A program made the translations under genes and the position numbers. Of a stretch of DNA of 64,000 bases, positions 1 to 15,020 are shown in pieces. The DNA comes from Eledone cirrhosa. Taxonomy: Eukaryota. Location: NCBI GenBank assembly GCA_964016885.1, contig OZ024743.1, forward strand, positions 50,096,001 to 50,160,000, in the 5' to 3' direction. The number at the start of each line of letters is the position of its first letter. Position 1 is the first letter of the stretch. The notes beneath the pieces are model-generated. The model made no database searches, had not been told where the DNA came from, and worked only from the letters and a program-made list of their open reading frames with translations.

Positions 1-80
1 AAATCTCATAGATTTGATATTATGTGAAATAATTATGTAAGATAAAGTCTTTACTGTGAAAATACAATAGTAAATATAGA

Positions 81-271
81 ATAATTGTTTCTACTTTTGG
101 CACAAGACCAGCAATTACTTAGTACATTACTGGTACTTTATTTTATCGACCCCGTAAGGATGAAAGGCAAAGTTGACCTCGACAGGATTTGAACTCAGAA
201 TGGCAAGGGCCGTAACTCTATGCGTCAAAGCATGACGTCCGACCCTCTACCTATACTGCCAATCCACCGCC
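81..271 (-). mobile_element. tRNA-derived SINE (dominant family of the window)
   Basis: Minus strand reads GGCGGTGGATTGGCAGTATAGGTAGAG...GAGTTCAAATCC (A/B-box-like), then core GCCTTTCATCCTTACGGGGTCGATAAAATAAAGTACCAG and an ATT-type tail; more than 10 similar copies in the window. Confidence 0.85.
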
Positions 272-851
272 TTCTCAAGTTTATTCTATAGTAAATATAG
301 AATAATGTAAATGCTAAAGGGTTAAAGTCCGTATTTGAAGAACTCGTTTCAGATGCAGACTTTTCGACCCTAGGTTGATGGATGATGCGATTTTTTCTCC
401 GTTGCTCAGTCGGTTTATACGACAGAATAGTCTGGGCGAGGAAAGCAGGCCACTTCCTGACATGGTCAATGGTCTGAAACATACGTTGGACGAAAACATA
501 TGATTAGCCCTCTGTCTCCTAGCATCAACATACATATAGGCTAAAGTGAACGGGGACAATCGATGATAAGTGATAGTACCACTTCTTATTTTAAAACTTA
601 GAAATGAATACTTTCTGTTTGGGCGTGTGTGTATATTTGTGTGGGTGACTGATAAGATTTGCCCTAGAAAAGGTTTTACTAACCGATACTTGGGAGATTT
701 AATGGTGAGAATATAAATATAACAAGCGAGCAAGCCGTAGGACAGTGTGACATTTTCCCAGCCATTATATTATATTCACACACTTTCTACATACATGACA
801 TCTGACTATTATGTATTCACTCATATGTATATATATATATATACATACATA

Positions 852-930
<79 letters not shown>

Positions 931-981
931 TAGTTTTGCGAGGGTTTTTATATGAAATCGTGTGTCGAAACAACCAACCAA

Positions 982-1092
982 AGAAAAAGTATGACCCCGA
1001 CGGCAGAGCTCAAGCCGTTTCGACGGCTATTTCTATCCAGAAATAGCCGTTGAAACGGCTTGAGCTCTGCTGTCGGGGTCATACTTTTTCCT
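982..1092. mobile_element. Fold-back palindrome family A (3' half of HHR in each arm)
   Basis: AAGTATGACCCCGACGGCAGAGCTCAAGCCGTTTCGACGGCTATTTCT, then its near-perfect reverse complement, ending in (TA)n. Confidence 0.8.
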
Positions 1093-1434
1093 ATATATAT
1101 ATATATACACACATGCATATATATATATATATATGGAATAGATGGAAACGAAATTTCATTTCTCACTCTTAGTACGGCACTTACTTAAATGTAAGTATGT
1201 ATGTATGTATACGTTCATACATATATGTATACAGACGTACAGTAGTATGTACATATATACATACATGCACACATATATACATGCACGTATCGGTTTACCG
1301 AACATTTATTATAATGCTCGGTTTGTTTGTTTGTAAACAAACAAACAGCCCGAATTACGCCGTACAGTGTTTAGGCAACCACGTCACCTTTTTGTTCAAC
1401 ACTGACACAGGAGCGCTGTACACACACACCCCCC

Positions 1435-1487
<53 letters not shown>

Positions 1488-1607
1488 TTTGTTCATTGGT
1501 TTTCTCAACCATGTGCCTTCTTTTTTTCGGTTTTTCCACTTTTTTATTTATTCTGTTTCAAACACCTCACATTTTAACTGCTTATTCCTTTGTCCTGTTG
1601 TTTCGTC

Positions 1608-1670
<63 letters not shown>

Positions 1671-1683
1671 ACACCCACACCCA

Positions 1684-1784
<101 letters not shown>

Positions 1785-2063
1785 TAAAGTATGTCCATAG
1801 AATCATTTGATAAAATATATACACCATTTCCTCTCCCAATTAGCATAATTAACCATATAAAAAATCAATTAGACCAGGCTATAAGAATAAAGGCTCATAT
1901 GAAGAATTATTGGATAAATAAACGACAGCAGCCTCTTCGCAACCGATCACAATAGAATATTTACCCAACATTTCAACATGTAGAAATCGACTAAATATAT
2001 CGTCAACCATACACAATTAGGTATAAATTTAAAGTTAGAAGAAATGCGTACACTCTTACCATG

Positions 2064-2146
<83 letters not shown>

Positions 2147-2544
2147 CGTTTCTGAATTTGTTTAGCAAGATTCTTTATCTGAAAACGTGTGTTGAAACCG
2201 ATATTGTTATACTTTGGGAGGGTCATGTTGCTAATAAGAAACACACGCACCAGTTGCATTCACTTCAATTTATTATAATAAATTTATACATTTAGGAATT
2301 TATAAAATCTCACACTGTCCCCAAAATGGGAGGAGGAGGCTACCGTGAAAAATAATACACACACAGGTCATTGAACTCTAACAATAATTCAAGCCTCGTG
2401 CGAAGAACTCAATTGGATATGAAAAAATAAATATAAGTGTGTACTGTTTAAAGACACATAGAGATATTTTCTCAGGCAAAATAACAGATATGAGATATAG
2501 GAACAAACAATCAATATTCATATAAAAAATAAACAAAGAGAGTT

Positions 2545-2586
<42 letters not shown>

Positions 2587-2853
2587 ATATATATATATAT
2601 GTGTGTGTGTGTATGTGTGGGTATATATTTGTGAGTGTGAGCGGACTTGTGAGATACCAAACCCAGCATCAGTCCATTGAAGTGTGTCGGACGGAGAGTA
2701 GCTGATGGCCAGTGTGGCATCAAATAGTGACCAGAATTTATGATGACATAGAAAAACAACAACCAATGGCAAGACAAGAGTGGAAGATGTTTTTTGAAGG
2801 TGTTTTTTGAAGCTAACACCCCAGTGAGAAAATTTGCTCCGAAAGCATTGCAT

Positions 2854-2941
2854 GTGTCCGAAGAACCCGCAGTTATAGAATCAGGCAGATCCATACGATG
2901 ATCACGTCTCGAGTTATCTGCCGGCGAAACAATTGTAACAC
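2854..2941 (+). ncRNA. Hammerhead-like motif (U4C variant)
   Basis: GTGT-CCGAAGA-long stem II (GGCAGAT/ATCTGCC)-GAAA-CAATTG-TA-ACAC, then AATAAA at 2944. Confidence 0.55.
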
Positions 2942-3077
2942 GCAATAAACTGAGTCTAGATGCATCACTGATTTTTCGTTTTTTTATATTATATAACACT
3001 CTGCTCTATAAGAACATAGAGTGCTCAACTGGCATACCGCCTATGGAAGCACCATAGCTACCATTAAACACACATAT

Positions 3078-3125
<48 letters not shown>

Positions 3126-3292
3126 TAGATTAACGGAATGACACTCCGACAAAATAGTTTGTGCAGCTGTAATCTTGGTACTGTACTCCAGAAAGAGAGT
3201 AGTCTCAGGTTTAGTAGTATGGTAGCAAGAATCGAACAAATCAATCAGGCTTTTCAATTTAATTAATACAACTAATATCAACCAATGAATAA

Positions 3293-3663
3293 TAATGTTT
3301 CTACTTTTGGCACAAGGCCAGCAATTACCTAGTGCATTACTGGTACTTTATGTTATCGACCCCGTAAGGATGAAAGGCAAAGTTAACCTCGGCGGGATTT
3401 GAACTCAGTCCGTAAAGGGACGTAACTGTCCTGCAAAGCATGGCGTCCGACCCTCTTCCGATACTGCCAATAATAATAATTGTTTCTACTTTTGGCACAA
3501 GGCCAGCAATTATCCTAGTGCATTACTGGTAATTTATTTCATCGACCTCGTAAGGATGAAAGGCAAAGTTAACCGGGATTTGAACTCAGAATGGCAAGGG
3601 CTGTACCTCTATGCGTCAAAGCATGGCGTCCGACCCTCTACCGATACGGCCAATCCATCGCCC
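3293..3663 (-). mobile_element. Two tandem copies of the tRNA-derived SINE
   Basis: Same head/core/tail as 81-271; copies at about 3293-3470 and 3478-3663. Confidence 0.85.
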
Positions 3664-3733
<70 letters not shown>

Positions 3734-4179
3734 TTCTTTATTAACCACAAGGGTTTACATAAAGTAGACATTAAGGACAGTGCAGGACAATGCAGGACGG
3801 TACAAAAGGGCATTTCTGCGTGTAAAAAACAAAAACAGAGGATGTAACAAAAAATAACAATGAAAAATTCCCCAATAGGGGGCAGACTTCGGAGGGACAT
3901 TTGTGGAGAAAGCCCAGTAAAAAGCCACAATGACCCTGACCACCAAGGCAAGTGCCCTCTCCCAGTTTCCACCTTTAATTTACAGATATATACTCAGAGT
4001 AGGCCCATTCACTCGGGCCATTCTTGCTTCTCTCACCCATCTTTCAACAAAATGCTGGGAAGAGAGCACTTCCTTCTCTACTCTGATTTTCCTTTTCAAA
4101 TGAAATTTGAAAAAGTCAATCAGAGCATCACCGAAGAGGTAAGTGCTCGTCTTCAGCCCTTTCAAACGTGTCCACCATA
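3734..4179 (-). mobile_element. Tx1-type LINE 3' end fragment (ORF2 C-terminus plus 3' UTR), flanked by (AAT)n
   Basis: Encodes WWTRLKGLK...FFKFHLKRKIRVEKEVLSSQHFVERWVREARMARVNGPTL, homologous to the 3' end of the Tx1 element at 37.5 kb; ends CCCTTGTGGTTAATAAAGAA followed by (ATT)n. Confidence 0.8.
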
Positions 4180-4196
4180 CTATAATAATAATAATA

Positions 4197-5546
4197 ATGC
4201 AGTTTGGTATTAGTAAGTGTGGAGTCATTGTGATGAGGAGGGGTAGGTTGAGCAGAAGTAACGGAATCCAGATACCAACAGGTGAGATGATAAAGGAAAT
4301 TGACTCTGAGGAAGGATACAAGTATTTGGGCGTTCTGGAGGCTGATGGCATAAAGAACAAAAAAATGAAGGAATTGTTAAGAACTGAATACATTCGGAGA
4401 GTAAGGAGCGTATTGAAGTCACATCTGAACAGCAGAAATGCCATAAGTGCAGTAAATTCCCGAGCTGTGTCTAGTATTAGGTACAGTGCGGGAATTCTGA
4501 GATGGAATGTTGCTGAACAAAAAGAAATGGATAGGAAGACTAGGAAGCTATTGACTATCTACAACATGTTCCACAAGAGGAGTGATGTCGATAGACTCTA
4601 CCTAAGGAGATCTGAGGGTGGAAGAGGTCTTATCAGCATAGAGGACTGTGTTCGGATGGAGAAAAACAACCTACACAAATATGTGACTGATAGTAAGGAG
4701 CCAATGCTCAGAACTGTACTGAAGGAGGGGACAATAGGCCAGGGGATGTCCAAGGAGGAAATAACATCAAGGAGAAAGAGCAGCCTTCAGGGAAAATCCC
4801 TTCATAGTACCTTCTTTGAGAAAACTGAATTTAGAGATCCACAGACATGGAACTGGTTGAGAAGAGGAGACCTCAAAAAGGCTACAGAAGGAATGTTAAT
4901 GACTGCGCAGGAGCAGGCCCTCAAAACGAAGTGGTTGAAACACCATATCTACAAGGAGGAGGCTAGCCCACTGTGCAGGATCTGTGGAGAGAGAGAGGAG
5001 ACTGTGGCTCACATTGTATCCGAGTGTAAACACCTAGCCCAGACCCACTATAAGGGCTGGAGACATGATGTGATGGGCAGGGTGATCCACTGGCACCTGT
5101 GCAAAGTAAACAATTTACCACATTCTGAGAAATGGTATGAGCATAAGCCAGAGGCGGTGATGGAGAACGATCAGGTGAAGGTGCTGTAGGATTTTAGGAT
5201 ACAAACGGACAAGAAACTGGAACACAATAGACCTGACCTGGTGGTTGTGGACAAAGAAAAAAGATCGTGTCTGATTGTGGATGTGGCCTGCCCATTCGAC
5301 ACGAGAGTGCAAGAGAAGGAGAGGGAGAAAATTAACCGATACCAGGACTTAAAGTGGGAGGTAAAAAGGATTTGGAACTGCCATGAAGTCAAAGTGATCC
5401 CGATTGTCATAGGCGCACTGGGGACTATCTCCAAAAGTTTCCAGGGATGGTTAAAGAAAATCGGCCCCTACATGCTTTTTGGAACGCTTCAAAAGGCATG
5501 CTTGCTGGGAACAGCAAGAACCCTCCGATACGTCCTGAATATCTGA
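4197..5546 (+). pseudogene. RT thumb / zinc knuckle / RLE endonuclease coding remnant with one in-frame stop
   Basis: ORFs 4143-5189 and 5241-5546 share a frame; TAG at 5187-5189 sits where the W of the usual VLWDF motif would be. Confidence 0.85.
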
Positions 5547-5622
5547 GGCTGCAGGTAGTGGCTTGATATTCATTCCAACGGACTTTCCAGTTAACTAACA
5601 TCAATGACTGAGATTCAAGGAG
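4199..5622 (+). mobile_element. 5'-truncated R4/Dong-clade non-LTR retrotransposon inserted in (TAA)n
   Basis: RT C-terminus (YKYLG, DVDRLYLRRSEGGRGL), CCHC finger (CRICGEREETVAHIVSEC), RHD motif and restriction-like endonuclease RPDL...VDVAC...EK; TAA repeats at both junctions. Confidence 0.88.
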
Positions 5623-5639
5623 TAATAATAATAATAATA

Positions 5640-5823
5640 ATGGTTTCTTATATAGGCACAAGGCCAGTAATTTGGGGGGAGGGGAAAGTCGATTAAATCG
5701 ACCCCAGTGCGTCACTGGTACTTTATTTTATCGACCCCATAAGGATGAAAGGCAAAGTTAACCTCGGCGGGATTTGAGCTCAGATCATCAAGCATGGCGC
5801 CCGACCCTCTACCGATACTGCCA
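5640..5823 (-). mobile_element. tRNA-derived SINE (long variant with GGGGTCGATTTAATCGAC hairpin)
   Basis: Core matches the family; its ATT tail is continuous with the (TAA)n at the Dong 3' junction. Confidence 0.8.
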
Positions 5824-6199
5824 CAATAATAACAATAATAACGATAATGACCGTTGGTGGTGGCGGCGGTGGTGGTACTGATGATGGTAGTGATTGAGAA
5901 GATGGTGGTTGTGGTGTTGGTGTTGGTGGTGGTGGTGATGGTGGTGATTGAGATGATGGTGGTGGTAGTGTTGGTGGTGGTGGTGTAGGGGATATAGGTG
6001 GTGGTTGTGGTCGTGGTGATGTATGTGGTGCTGTTGTTGGTGGTGGTGGTGGTGTAGGTGGTGGCGGAACTTTATTTCATATGACGAGAAACCCAACTGG
6101 TTCCAGACACCTTTAACCTTTCCAGCTAAATATATGAGCAATATATACATACATTAATGTATATATATATATATATATATATACATACATACATACATA

Positions 6200-6268
<69 letters not shown>

Positions 6269-6271
6269 GCA

Positions 6272-6308
<37 letters not shown>

Positions 6309-6317
6309 GCATATATG

Positions 6318-6371
<54 letters not shown>

Positions 6372-6420
6372 TATATGTATATATATATATACACACACGC
6401 ACACACACACACACACACAC

Positions 6421-6470
<50 letters not shown>

Positions 6471-6552
6471 CTTTTTATACAGTGGAATACTGATACAACG
6501 AAATTCACAGGGTATAAACAAAAATTCGTTGTAACGAACAATTCTTTATAAC

Positions 6553-6762
6553 GAGTGGATTGGCAGTATCTGTAGAGCGTCGGACAACATGATTTGCAGC
6601 ATAGAGTTACAGCCCTTTACGTTATAAGTTCAAGGGTTAACTTTGCCTTTCATCCTTACGGGGTCAAAAAATATATAGCACCAGTAATGCACTAGGGTCG
6701 ATTTAATTGACTTTCCCCTCCCCCCAAAATTGCTGGCCTTGTGACTATAGTAGAAACCATTA
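6553..6762 (+). mobile_element. tRNA-derived SINE (long variant)
   Basis: GTGGATTGGCAGTATC head, family core, AGAAACCATTAT end. Confidence 0.8.
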
Positions 6763-7122
6763 TATTTGCGAGCTGGTCTAGGGTTCTGAATAGCCAGACG
6801 CCGGGTTGGGTGGGTAGATAATGTGGGAGACTTGTGAGGAATGTAAGAATATTGTGGAAATGTGTTGTTAGTAAGGGGCAGGGATTGGCTGGCATCGACT
6901 AAAGATATGTCCCTCTTTGACACATTCAAATCAGCTGATGTCTGGCACATATACTATATATGTATAAGTGAACACACACACACCCACATTCGTACACGTA
7001 CATACATTACGTGTTGACATACACACACATACACACATACACACAGATGCACATACATATATATATGTATATAAATACATCCATCCATCCATCCATCCAT
7101 ACATACATACATTCATACATGA

Positions 7123-7622
7123 TAATGGCTGCCCCCTCGTTATCGAGTATGGCCATTGCACGATATACCATTATTAATTATTATTAATTAATTCTATCGA
7201 ACAATGCCTGAACATGAAAATATGTTTTAAAGTGAGGAAAGACTGTGCACTGAGCCAATCCCACTCTCTGAGCGACAGTAGCTATAACCCGAAAAGAAGA
7301 AAAGATCAACATCATCTGTAACGACTGAGCCGCAGGTTTTATATCGGAGTTATCCCAGTTTCCTGAGTTGCCTTCTCCTAGAAGAATGCCCCGACAAAAG
7401 TTAGGGGCCCTTCACTCCCAGTGGTTTAACCACGCGGTAAATGTGTATATACATATTTACACACTTTCAGATGGCCGTTGACTCTTATGAGTTCTTCCGC
7501 CTTTTGTCACCCTCCTCGCCAAGTAAACTTGGTAGGATTGCCGGTTTAGTCGCCGACGACCCGACCATGCGACAGGTTTACTGGGTTACATGTTACCAGT
7601 AGCACTCAAGAGTGATCCGACA
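7123..7622 (-). mobile_element. Non-autonomous RTE-like element, subfamily 2
   Basis: Shares the structured 5' end and the 3' terminal stem (GGCC...CTCG...CGAG...GGCAGCC) with 7635-8235, but has a different middle. Confidence 0.55.
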
Positions 7623-7634
7623 TACATACATACA

Positions 7635-8235
7635 TGGTGGTGGCTGCCAACTCGTTTTCGAGTACGGCCACTACTTTATATCCATGTAGGAGAACCCCCA
7701 CCTATGCGCTGAACGAGTGTGACTTTTTAGTCCAGACAGCGACTTGAAAACTCTGGTACAGACACTACACTTGTGACAATTATTGACACAGTGCTGGGCC
7801 CATGGTACCATGTGACGACAAGTGCAGAGAGATCTCCAGATATAAAGTAATGCCTGTGCCGTGAAGCTTTTATAGTGAGCAAAGGCACTGCACAAAGCCA
7901 GTCCTACTCTCTTAACCAAGATGATATTTACCAAAAAGAAGAACAAGTCAACATCATTGAATACCATCAGAGTTGCAGGTGTTATATCAGAGTTTTCCTT
8001 CTCCTAGAATTCTACCTTGACAAAGGCTAAGGGGTCATCTCTCCCGGTGATTTTGGATACCATTGACTCTTAAGAGCTCCTTTGCCCTTTGACAGGTTTT
8101 GTTTTTAGTCCTGCAGGATGTCCAAAGTCACTCTCCTCACCAAGAAACCTTGGTGGGGTTGCCAGTTTAGTCGCCAACGACCCGACCATGGGACAGGTTG
8201 TACTGGGATACATGTTACCAGTAGCACCAACAGCA
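7635..8235 (-). mobile_element. Bipartite non-autonomous RTE-like element (structured 5' end plus 3' end with C2H2 finger remnant)
   Basis: CSVCTRVFKSLSGLKSHTRSAH zinc finger, as found at RTE ORF C-termini; near-identical copies at 17775-18185 and 21311-21920. Confidence 0.65.
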
Positions 8236-8329
8236 TGCATACATACATACATACATACATACATACATACATACATACATACATAAACATACATACATAC
8301 ATACATACATACATACATACATACATACA

Positions 8330-8361
<32 letters not shown>

Positions 8362-8563
8362 AATATTAATCTAGCAAAACGTATAATTCACCATTTTTAT
8401 TGTGTTCTATATTAAATCTAAATCGTTGTTGTCATTGTTGATGTATAACCCCATGTTAACCTTGGGCCTGTTATCGACAGCAGCTAGTGGTGTATATCAG
8501 AGAACTCTCGTTGGCTTGGCCGACAGAATCAGTTACTAAGAACTGTCAGTCAGGGTGATGAGG

Positions 8564-8642
<79 letters not shown>

Positions 8643-9569
8643 AAGTGAGATAGGGGGAAGAGAGAAGGGGGAGAGAGAAACAGAGAGAGTTTGTCTGTGT
8701 GTGTGTGTAAGAGAGAGGGAAAGAGGGGGTGACAGAGAGAGTCTATCTGTGTGTGTGTAAGAGAGAGAGAGAGAGAGAGAGACTGACATTTCTGCTCTTA
8801 TTAAGTCAACTCACAGTTCCTCTAATTTCCACCTGATGTTGGGAAAGCTGTCGTTTAGCTGTTTTTCAGTGACTTCAGAACACCGCTTTGCTCACATTAA
8901 ATATATGTCCACCTCCAGCGCGGTAGATTGGCAGTATCGGTAGAAGGACAGACGCCATGCTTTGCAGCATAGAGTTACGTTCCTTTGCGGTCTGAGTTCA
9001 AATCCCGCCGAGGTTAACTTTGCCTTACATCCTTTTTTTGCTTAAACTTTAATCTGATATTTTAACATATATATATATTATATATTCTCCTATGTGTAGA
9101 GAAAAAATCCGTTGTTTTACCTAGCTGCTATTTTTAGTGGCGTGATAGACAACACGTCTATGTTTACTTCTGCTTATACTAAGGGCTAGTTCATGTGTAA
9201 GTCAAGTTTATGGCCTCATTCGATCCTGCACCACCTGACAGAATGCAATATATTTTGCCGTTCGTGGGACTTTCGTCCTATGTGGGGGGAAATGCTTTCT
9301 GAAGAACCGAACATTTCCATTGGAAGTCCAACGGACTTCCAATCTTTTGTGAGGCGAAACCGTCGGTAAAAGCAAATGGAATGGATAAATATTTAAATTA
9401 TATTTTTTTATTTATTTAAAAAAATTCCTTGAATCTTACTTGCTCCGCTTATCTCAATTATATATACCGTATATATGTATATATATTACACACCCAGAGC
9501 TTCCGTTAGAGGATTAGGGCGCTTATGTAAGTATACTTTTATTGTGTTTTATTGTTGTTAGCTCATGTA

Positions 9570-9792
9570 GGGTGGTGGAATGGCAGAATCAGTAGAGCGT
9601 CGGACAACATGCTTTGCGGCATTGAGTTATGGCCCTTTATGTTCTGAACACAAGTCCCGCTACGGTTAGTTTTGCCTTTCATCCTTACGGGGTCGATAAA
9701 ATAAAGTAACAGTAATGTACTGAGGTCGATTTAATCGACTTTACCTTCCTCCCGAAATTGTTGGCCTTGAGCTTAAATCAGAAACCATTATT
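9570..9792 (+). mobile_element. tRNA-derived SINE (long variant)
   Basis: Family head, core and tail; a partial copy is also present at about 8920-9032. Confidence 0.8.
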
Positions 9793-10829
9793 AGTTAACG
9801 TTTTCTTATCACCGATACGAGACTAAAGAAAGAAATAACAAACATCATCATACTAACATATTTAGAGTCAGGGGAGTAAAAACCAAAGAAAGTATATTGA
9901 AACAAATTATTTTCCGTATTATTGGAAGGGCTTAAGCTCCAAAAGCGCCTTATCGTTGGAAGACTTGACATTGTAATAAAGTTTCTAACTTACTAAATGA
10001 TTGTCGGATAATCTTGCTTAATCTAACTCTTCGATTAACCAAGTATTAACGTTAATCTGACGCTAATATTAAACTAAATCATTACACAATCTCGCCTTTT
10101 ATCCAACAGAACTGAAGTAGAAGATAAGAACCGTTGACAATTATCGATAGGAATTGTCAATAGAAGTTATCAATAGTCCCTGGAGCATAGCTTCTTATAA
10201 TGTATTGACAAATGCTGGATCTCAGATCATCTAATCTGGATTAAATAGAGTGTACAGTTTTGTATAAAATGTTGTTCACACTCCAAACTGTTCTTACCTA
10301 CCAAATTCAGACGGAATCGGTGATCAGTGGTCGCTTAACTCAATGGTTAGAGCACTTTGCCGGAAGTTGTGAAATATGTTGTTACATTCTCGGTTCCGGC
10401 GGCTGGTGTCACTTCCGCCCACAACAATATTCTATTCTATTCTCTAATCTATTATTTATAGCAATCGTTTGGATTCCGACATTTTCGAAGAAATTCATGT
10501 GTGTGAGTGCGTGTGTGTGTGTGCGTGTGTGTGTGTGTGTGCGTGTGTGTGTGTGCGTGTGTGCGTGTGTGTGTGCGTGTCTGTGTGTGTGCGTGTATGT
10601 GTGTGCGTATGTGTGTGTGTGCGCGTGTATGTGTGTGTGTGTGTGCGCGTGCGAGCGTGCGTGCGTGTGTGTGTGTGTGTGTGTGTGCGTGTGTGCGTAT
10701 GTGTGCGTGTATGCGCGCGTGTGTGTGTGTCTGCGCGTGCGTGTGTATGTCCGTGCGCGTGTGCGTGCATGTGTGCGCGCACTCACAAGCGCCGCCGTCG
10801 TCGGGATTTTACATCTGTCTCTCTCTCTC

Positions 10830-11720
10830 TTTATAAATATATATAAATATATATAAGTAGTAACACAACAGTTAGTTCACCATATAAATACATATATATA
10901 TAAATATATAAATATATATAAATATATATAAGTAGTAACACAACAGTTAGTTCACCATATAAATACATATATATATAAATATATAAATATATATAATTAT
11001 ATATAAGTAGTAACACAACAGTTAGTTCACCATATAAATACATATATATATAAATATATAAATATATATAAATATATATAAGTAGTAACACAACAGTTAG
11101 TTCACCATATAAATACATATATATATAAATATATAAATATATATAAATATATATAAGTAGTAACACAACAGTTAGTTCACCATATAAATATATATATATA
11201 TAAATATATAAATATATATAAATATATATAAGTAGTAACACAACAGTTAGTTCACCATATAAATACATATATATATAAATATATAAATATATATAAATAT
11301 ATATAAGTAGTAACACAACAGTTAGTTCACCATATAAATACATATATATATAAATATATAAATATATATAAATATATATAAGTAGTAACACAACAGTTAG
11401 TTCACCATATAAATACATATATATATAAATATATAAATATATATAAATATATATAAGTAGTAACACAACAGTTAGTTCACCATATAAATACATATATATA
11501 TAAATATATAAATATATATAAATATATATAAGTAGTAACACAACAGTTAGTTCACCATATAAATACATATATATATAAATATATAAATATATATAAATAT
11601 ATATAAGTAGTAACACAACAGTTAGTTCACCATATAAATACATATATATATAAATATATAAATATATATAAATATATATAAGTAGTAACACAACAGTTAG
11701 TTCACCATATAAATATATAT
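10830..11720. repeat. 75-bp tandem minisatellite, 12 copies
   Basis: Unit AGTAGTAACACAACAGTTAGTTCACCATATAAATAC plus TA-rich stretch, recurring at 10856, 10931, ... Confidence 0.95.
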
Positions 11721-11724
11721 GCAT

Positions 11725-11860
11725 AAACAAAGAAGGTGTGGTAGGAGACCAGGTGGACCATAACGCACCACAGTACCCAATACTTAGGGTAGTAGAGTGG
11801 GTAATAGGAAAAGGATCAGGACACAGGAGCTCAGCCGTCGGGGCCTGGCTCTTTGCCTAT
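11725..11860 (-). mobile_element. Family A element with collapsed palindrome centre
   Basis: Family A tail (GGTGGACCATAACGCACC...GGTAGTAGAGTGGGTAATAGGAAAAGG) followed by GAGCTCAGCCGTCGGGG and (TA)n. Confidence 0.7.
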
Positions 11861-12339
11861 ATATATTTATATAAATGCAATTATCCAATGAAGTCATAGT
11901 CGCTTTGGTTTATTTTACAGAAACTACGTAATTCGACGGCTGCAGCCAAATGACATCTGTCACTTCCATAACAGTGACAGATTTAGGTCGGTGGTTGTTT
12001 TGCTAAGGGTGGGGATGCTTTATATGGCCGAGTGGGATTTTTTTTGCTTTCTTTCTGTGGTATGAGTCTGGTGAGTGAGAATGTAAGTGGTTTATGGGTT
12101 ACATTTGCTTAATTCCTGGATAACTTTGGTTTATTCTATATGTATTTACGTTCAGGTTTAGATAATTGACGGTCTTCATTACATATATGTATGTCATACT
12201 TTAATACCGTGAGAAGTGAGATCCCTGTTTACACACCCCTTCACTGTTGTTGGTAGTTATTGCACTTAATTTATTTGGTTCGTGGATAACTCTTTGAACT
12301 GAGGCAGATTCTGTATACGCCATACACAGATACATACAT

Positions 12340-12778
<439 letters not shown>

Positions 12779-13113
12779 TATATATATATATATATATATA
12801 TACATACACACATACATACATACATACATACATACATACATACATACATACATACATACATACATACATACATACATACATACATACATACATACATTCA
12901 TATACAAATACATATACAAATATTTATATAGGAGATATACATATATAAATATAAACAAAAATATATATATGGCTTGAGGAAAAAGACCTAAAGACGTGTA
13001 TGTGGCCTTCTTCCAAAATGTGAAATATGAAATAAATTGAAGACTAAGTTGTTTCATTGATAAAATAACAAGATTGAATGTTTGCCAGGAGGTAACTCTT
13101 CTTATTTACTTAA

Positions 13114-13716
13114 CCCTTTTGATAACAAGCCACGTGAAACTACCCCTCTTTCTACAAAACAGCTTCTTTTAAAGTTTAAACTGTCTATATTTAACTAAAA
13201 ATATTCCAAGTTATGTTCCAAAAACATAATAATTGTTTCTACTTTTAGCACAAGGCCAGCAATTACCCCAGTACATTACTGGTACTTTATTTTATCGACC
13301 CCGTAAGGATGAAAGGCAAAGTTAACCTCGACGGGATTTGAACTCAGAACGTAAAGGGCCATAACTCTATGCTGCAAAGCATGGCGTCGGACCTTCTACC
13401 TATGCTGCCAATCCACCACCCTTATCTAATAATTGTTTCTACTTTTGGCACAAGGCCAGCAATTACCCCAGTACATTACTGGTACTTTATTTTATCGACT
13501 CCGTAAGGATGAAAGGCAAAGTCAACCTCGACGGGATTTGAACTCAGATCGCAAAGGGACGTAACTATGCTAGAAAGCATGGCATCCAACCCTCTACCGA
13601 TACTGCCAATTCACCCATAATAATGGTAAAGATATATCACCAAATACTTGAATATTTCCAAAATTCTTTACAGACGATAGACAGTGTCTTCCATTAAAAA
13701 TATGGTAATGAAAGAG
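13114..13716. mobile_element. Probable piggyBac-type MITE containing two nested SINEs
   Basis: TTAA|CCCTTTTGATAAC ... GGTAATGAAAGAG|TTAA (imperfect TIRs, TTAA flanks); SINE copies at about 13228-13420 and 13428-13615 (-). Confidence 0.55.
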
Positions 13717-14125
13717 TTAATAGACGCTTGGTTTAGAAATCAAAGCTCCACACTTGCCAAGAAACATTCTAATTTAAATATTTTTCTCTGAATTCATATT
13801 TCTTAACAGGGTCAAAAGGAAGACAGACACGCATATATATACACACATACGTACATACACATATGCATACACACATACACATATACACACATACGCACAC
13901 ATATGCATATAATTACACATACATGCACACACACATATACGCATACATACACACAAGCGCACACACTCATGCACATATATACATATATATACATATATAT
14001 ATATATGCGTGTGTATGTGTATATATATTTATACATATGTACACCCATACACACTCATACACATCAATGTTCGCACATCCAAACACAGACACACACATAC
14101 AGACACACACACAGACACACACACA

Positions 14126-14164
<39 letters not shown>

Positions 14165-14291
14165 ACTCACACACCAAACAAACAATATGGAATCCAATAT
14201 GGAGAGAAAACTAAAAGTAATTTGCTAACATCACCAAAAGTGAAAATTGAACAAAATAAGATGAAAATAAACTTGTAATCCTGAAGTAATA

Positions 14292-14989
14292 TTATTGTTA
14301 TTATTATTATTATTATTGAAAACATTATTATTATTATTATTACCACCACCAGCACCACCACCATCATCATCATTACCATCATCAACGACATCATCATCAC
14401 CGTCTTGCCAACCACCACCACTACTACCACCACCACCACCACTATCATTATCATCCCCTTCACCATCACCATCACCACCACCATCACCATCACCACCATC
14501 ATCACCACCACCACCACCATCACCATCACCACCATCATCACCACCACCACCACTATCATTATCATCCCCTTCACCATCACCATCACCACCACCATCACCA
14601 TCACCACCATCATCACCGCCACCACCACCACCACCACCACCACCCCTATCACCATCATCACCCCCCACCCCTATCACCATCACCATCACCACCACCACCA
14701 CCACCATCACCATCACCACCATCATCACCACCACCACCACCACCATAACCACCACCACTACCACCACCATCACCCCCTATCACCCCCCTATCACCACCAG
14801 CAGCACCACCACCACCACCACCACCACCCTATCACCACCACCACCACCCTATCACCACCACCACCACCACCCCTATCACCATCATCACCATCACCATCAC
14901 GACCACCACTACCACCAGCAGCAACACCACCACCACCACCACCGTTATCACGTGTTTGGTGTACTAATTGTGTGATGTATTGATTACAT

Positions 14990-15020
<31 letters not shown>

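Noticed and set aside
7671-7967. C2H2 zinc-finger host gene
   Set aside because: A single finger inside a dispersed repeat present three times, and frameshifted in the other copies
10328-10410. tRNA-like A-box (TAACTCAATGGTTAGAGCA)
   Set aside because: No B-box, T-arm or cloverleaf; at most a decayed SINE head
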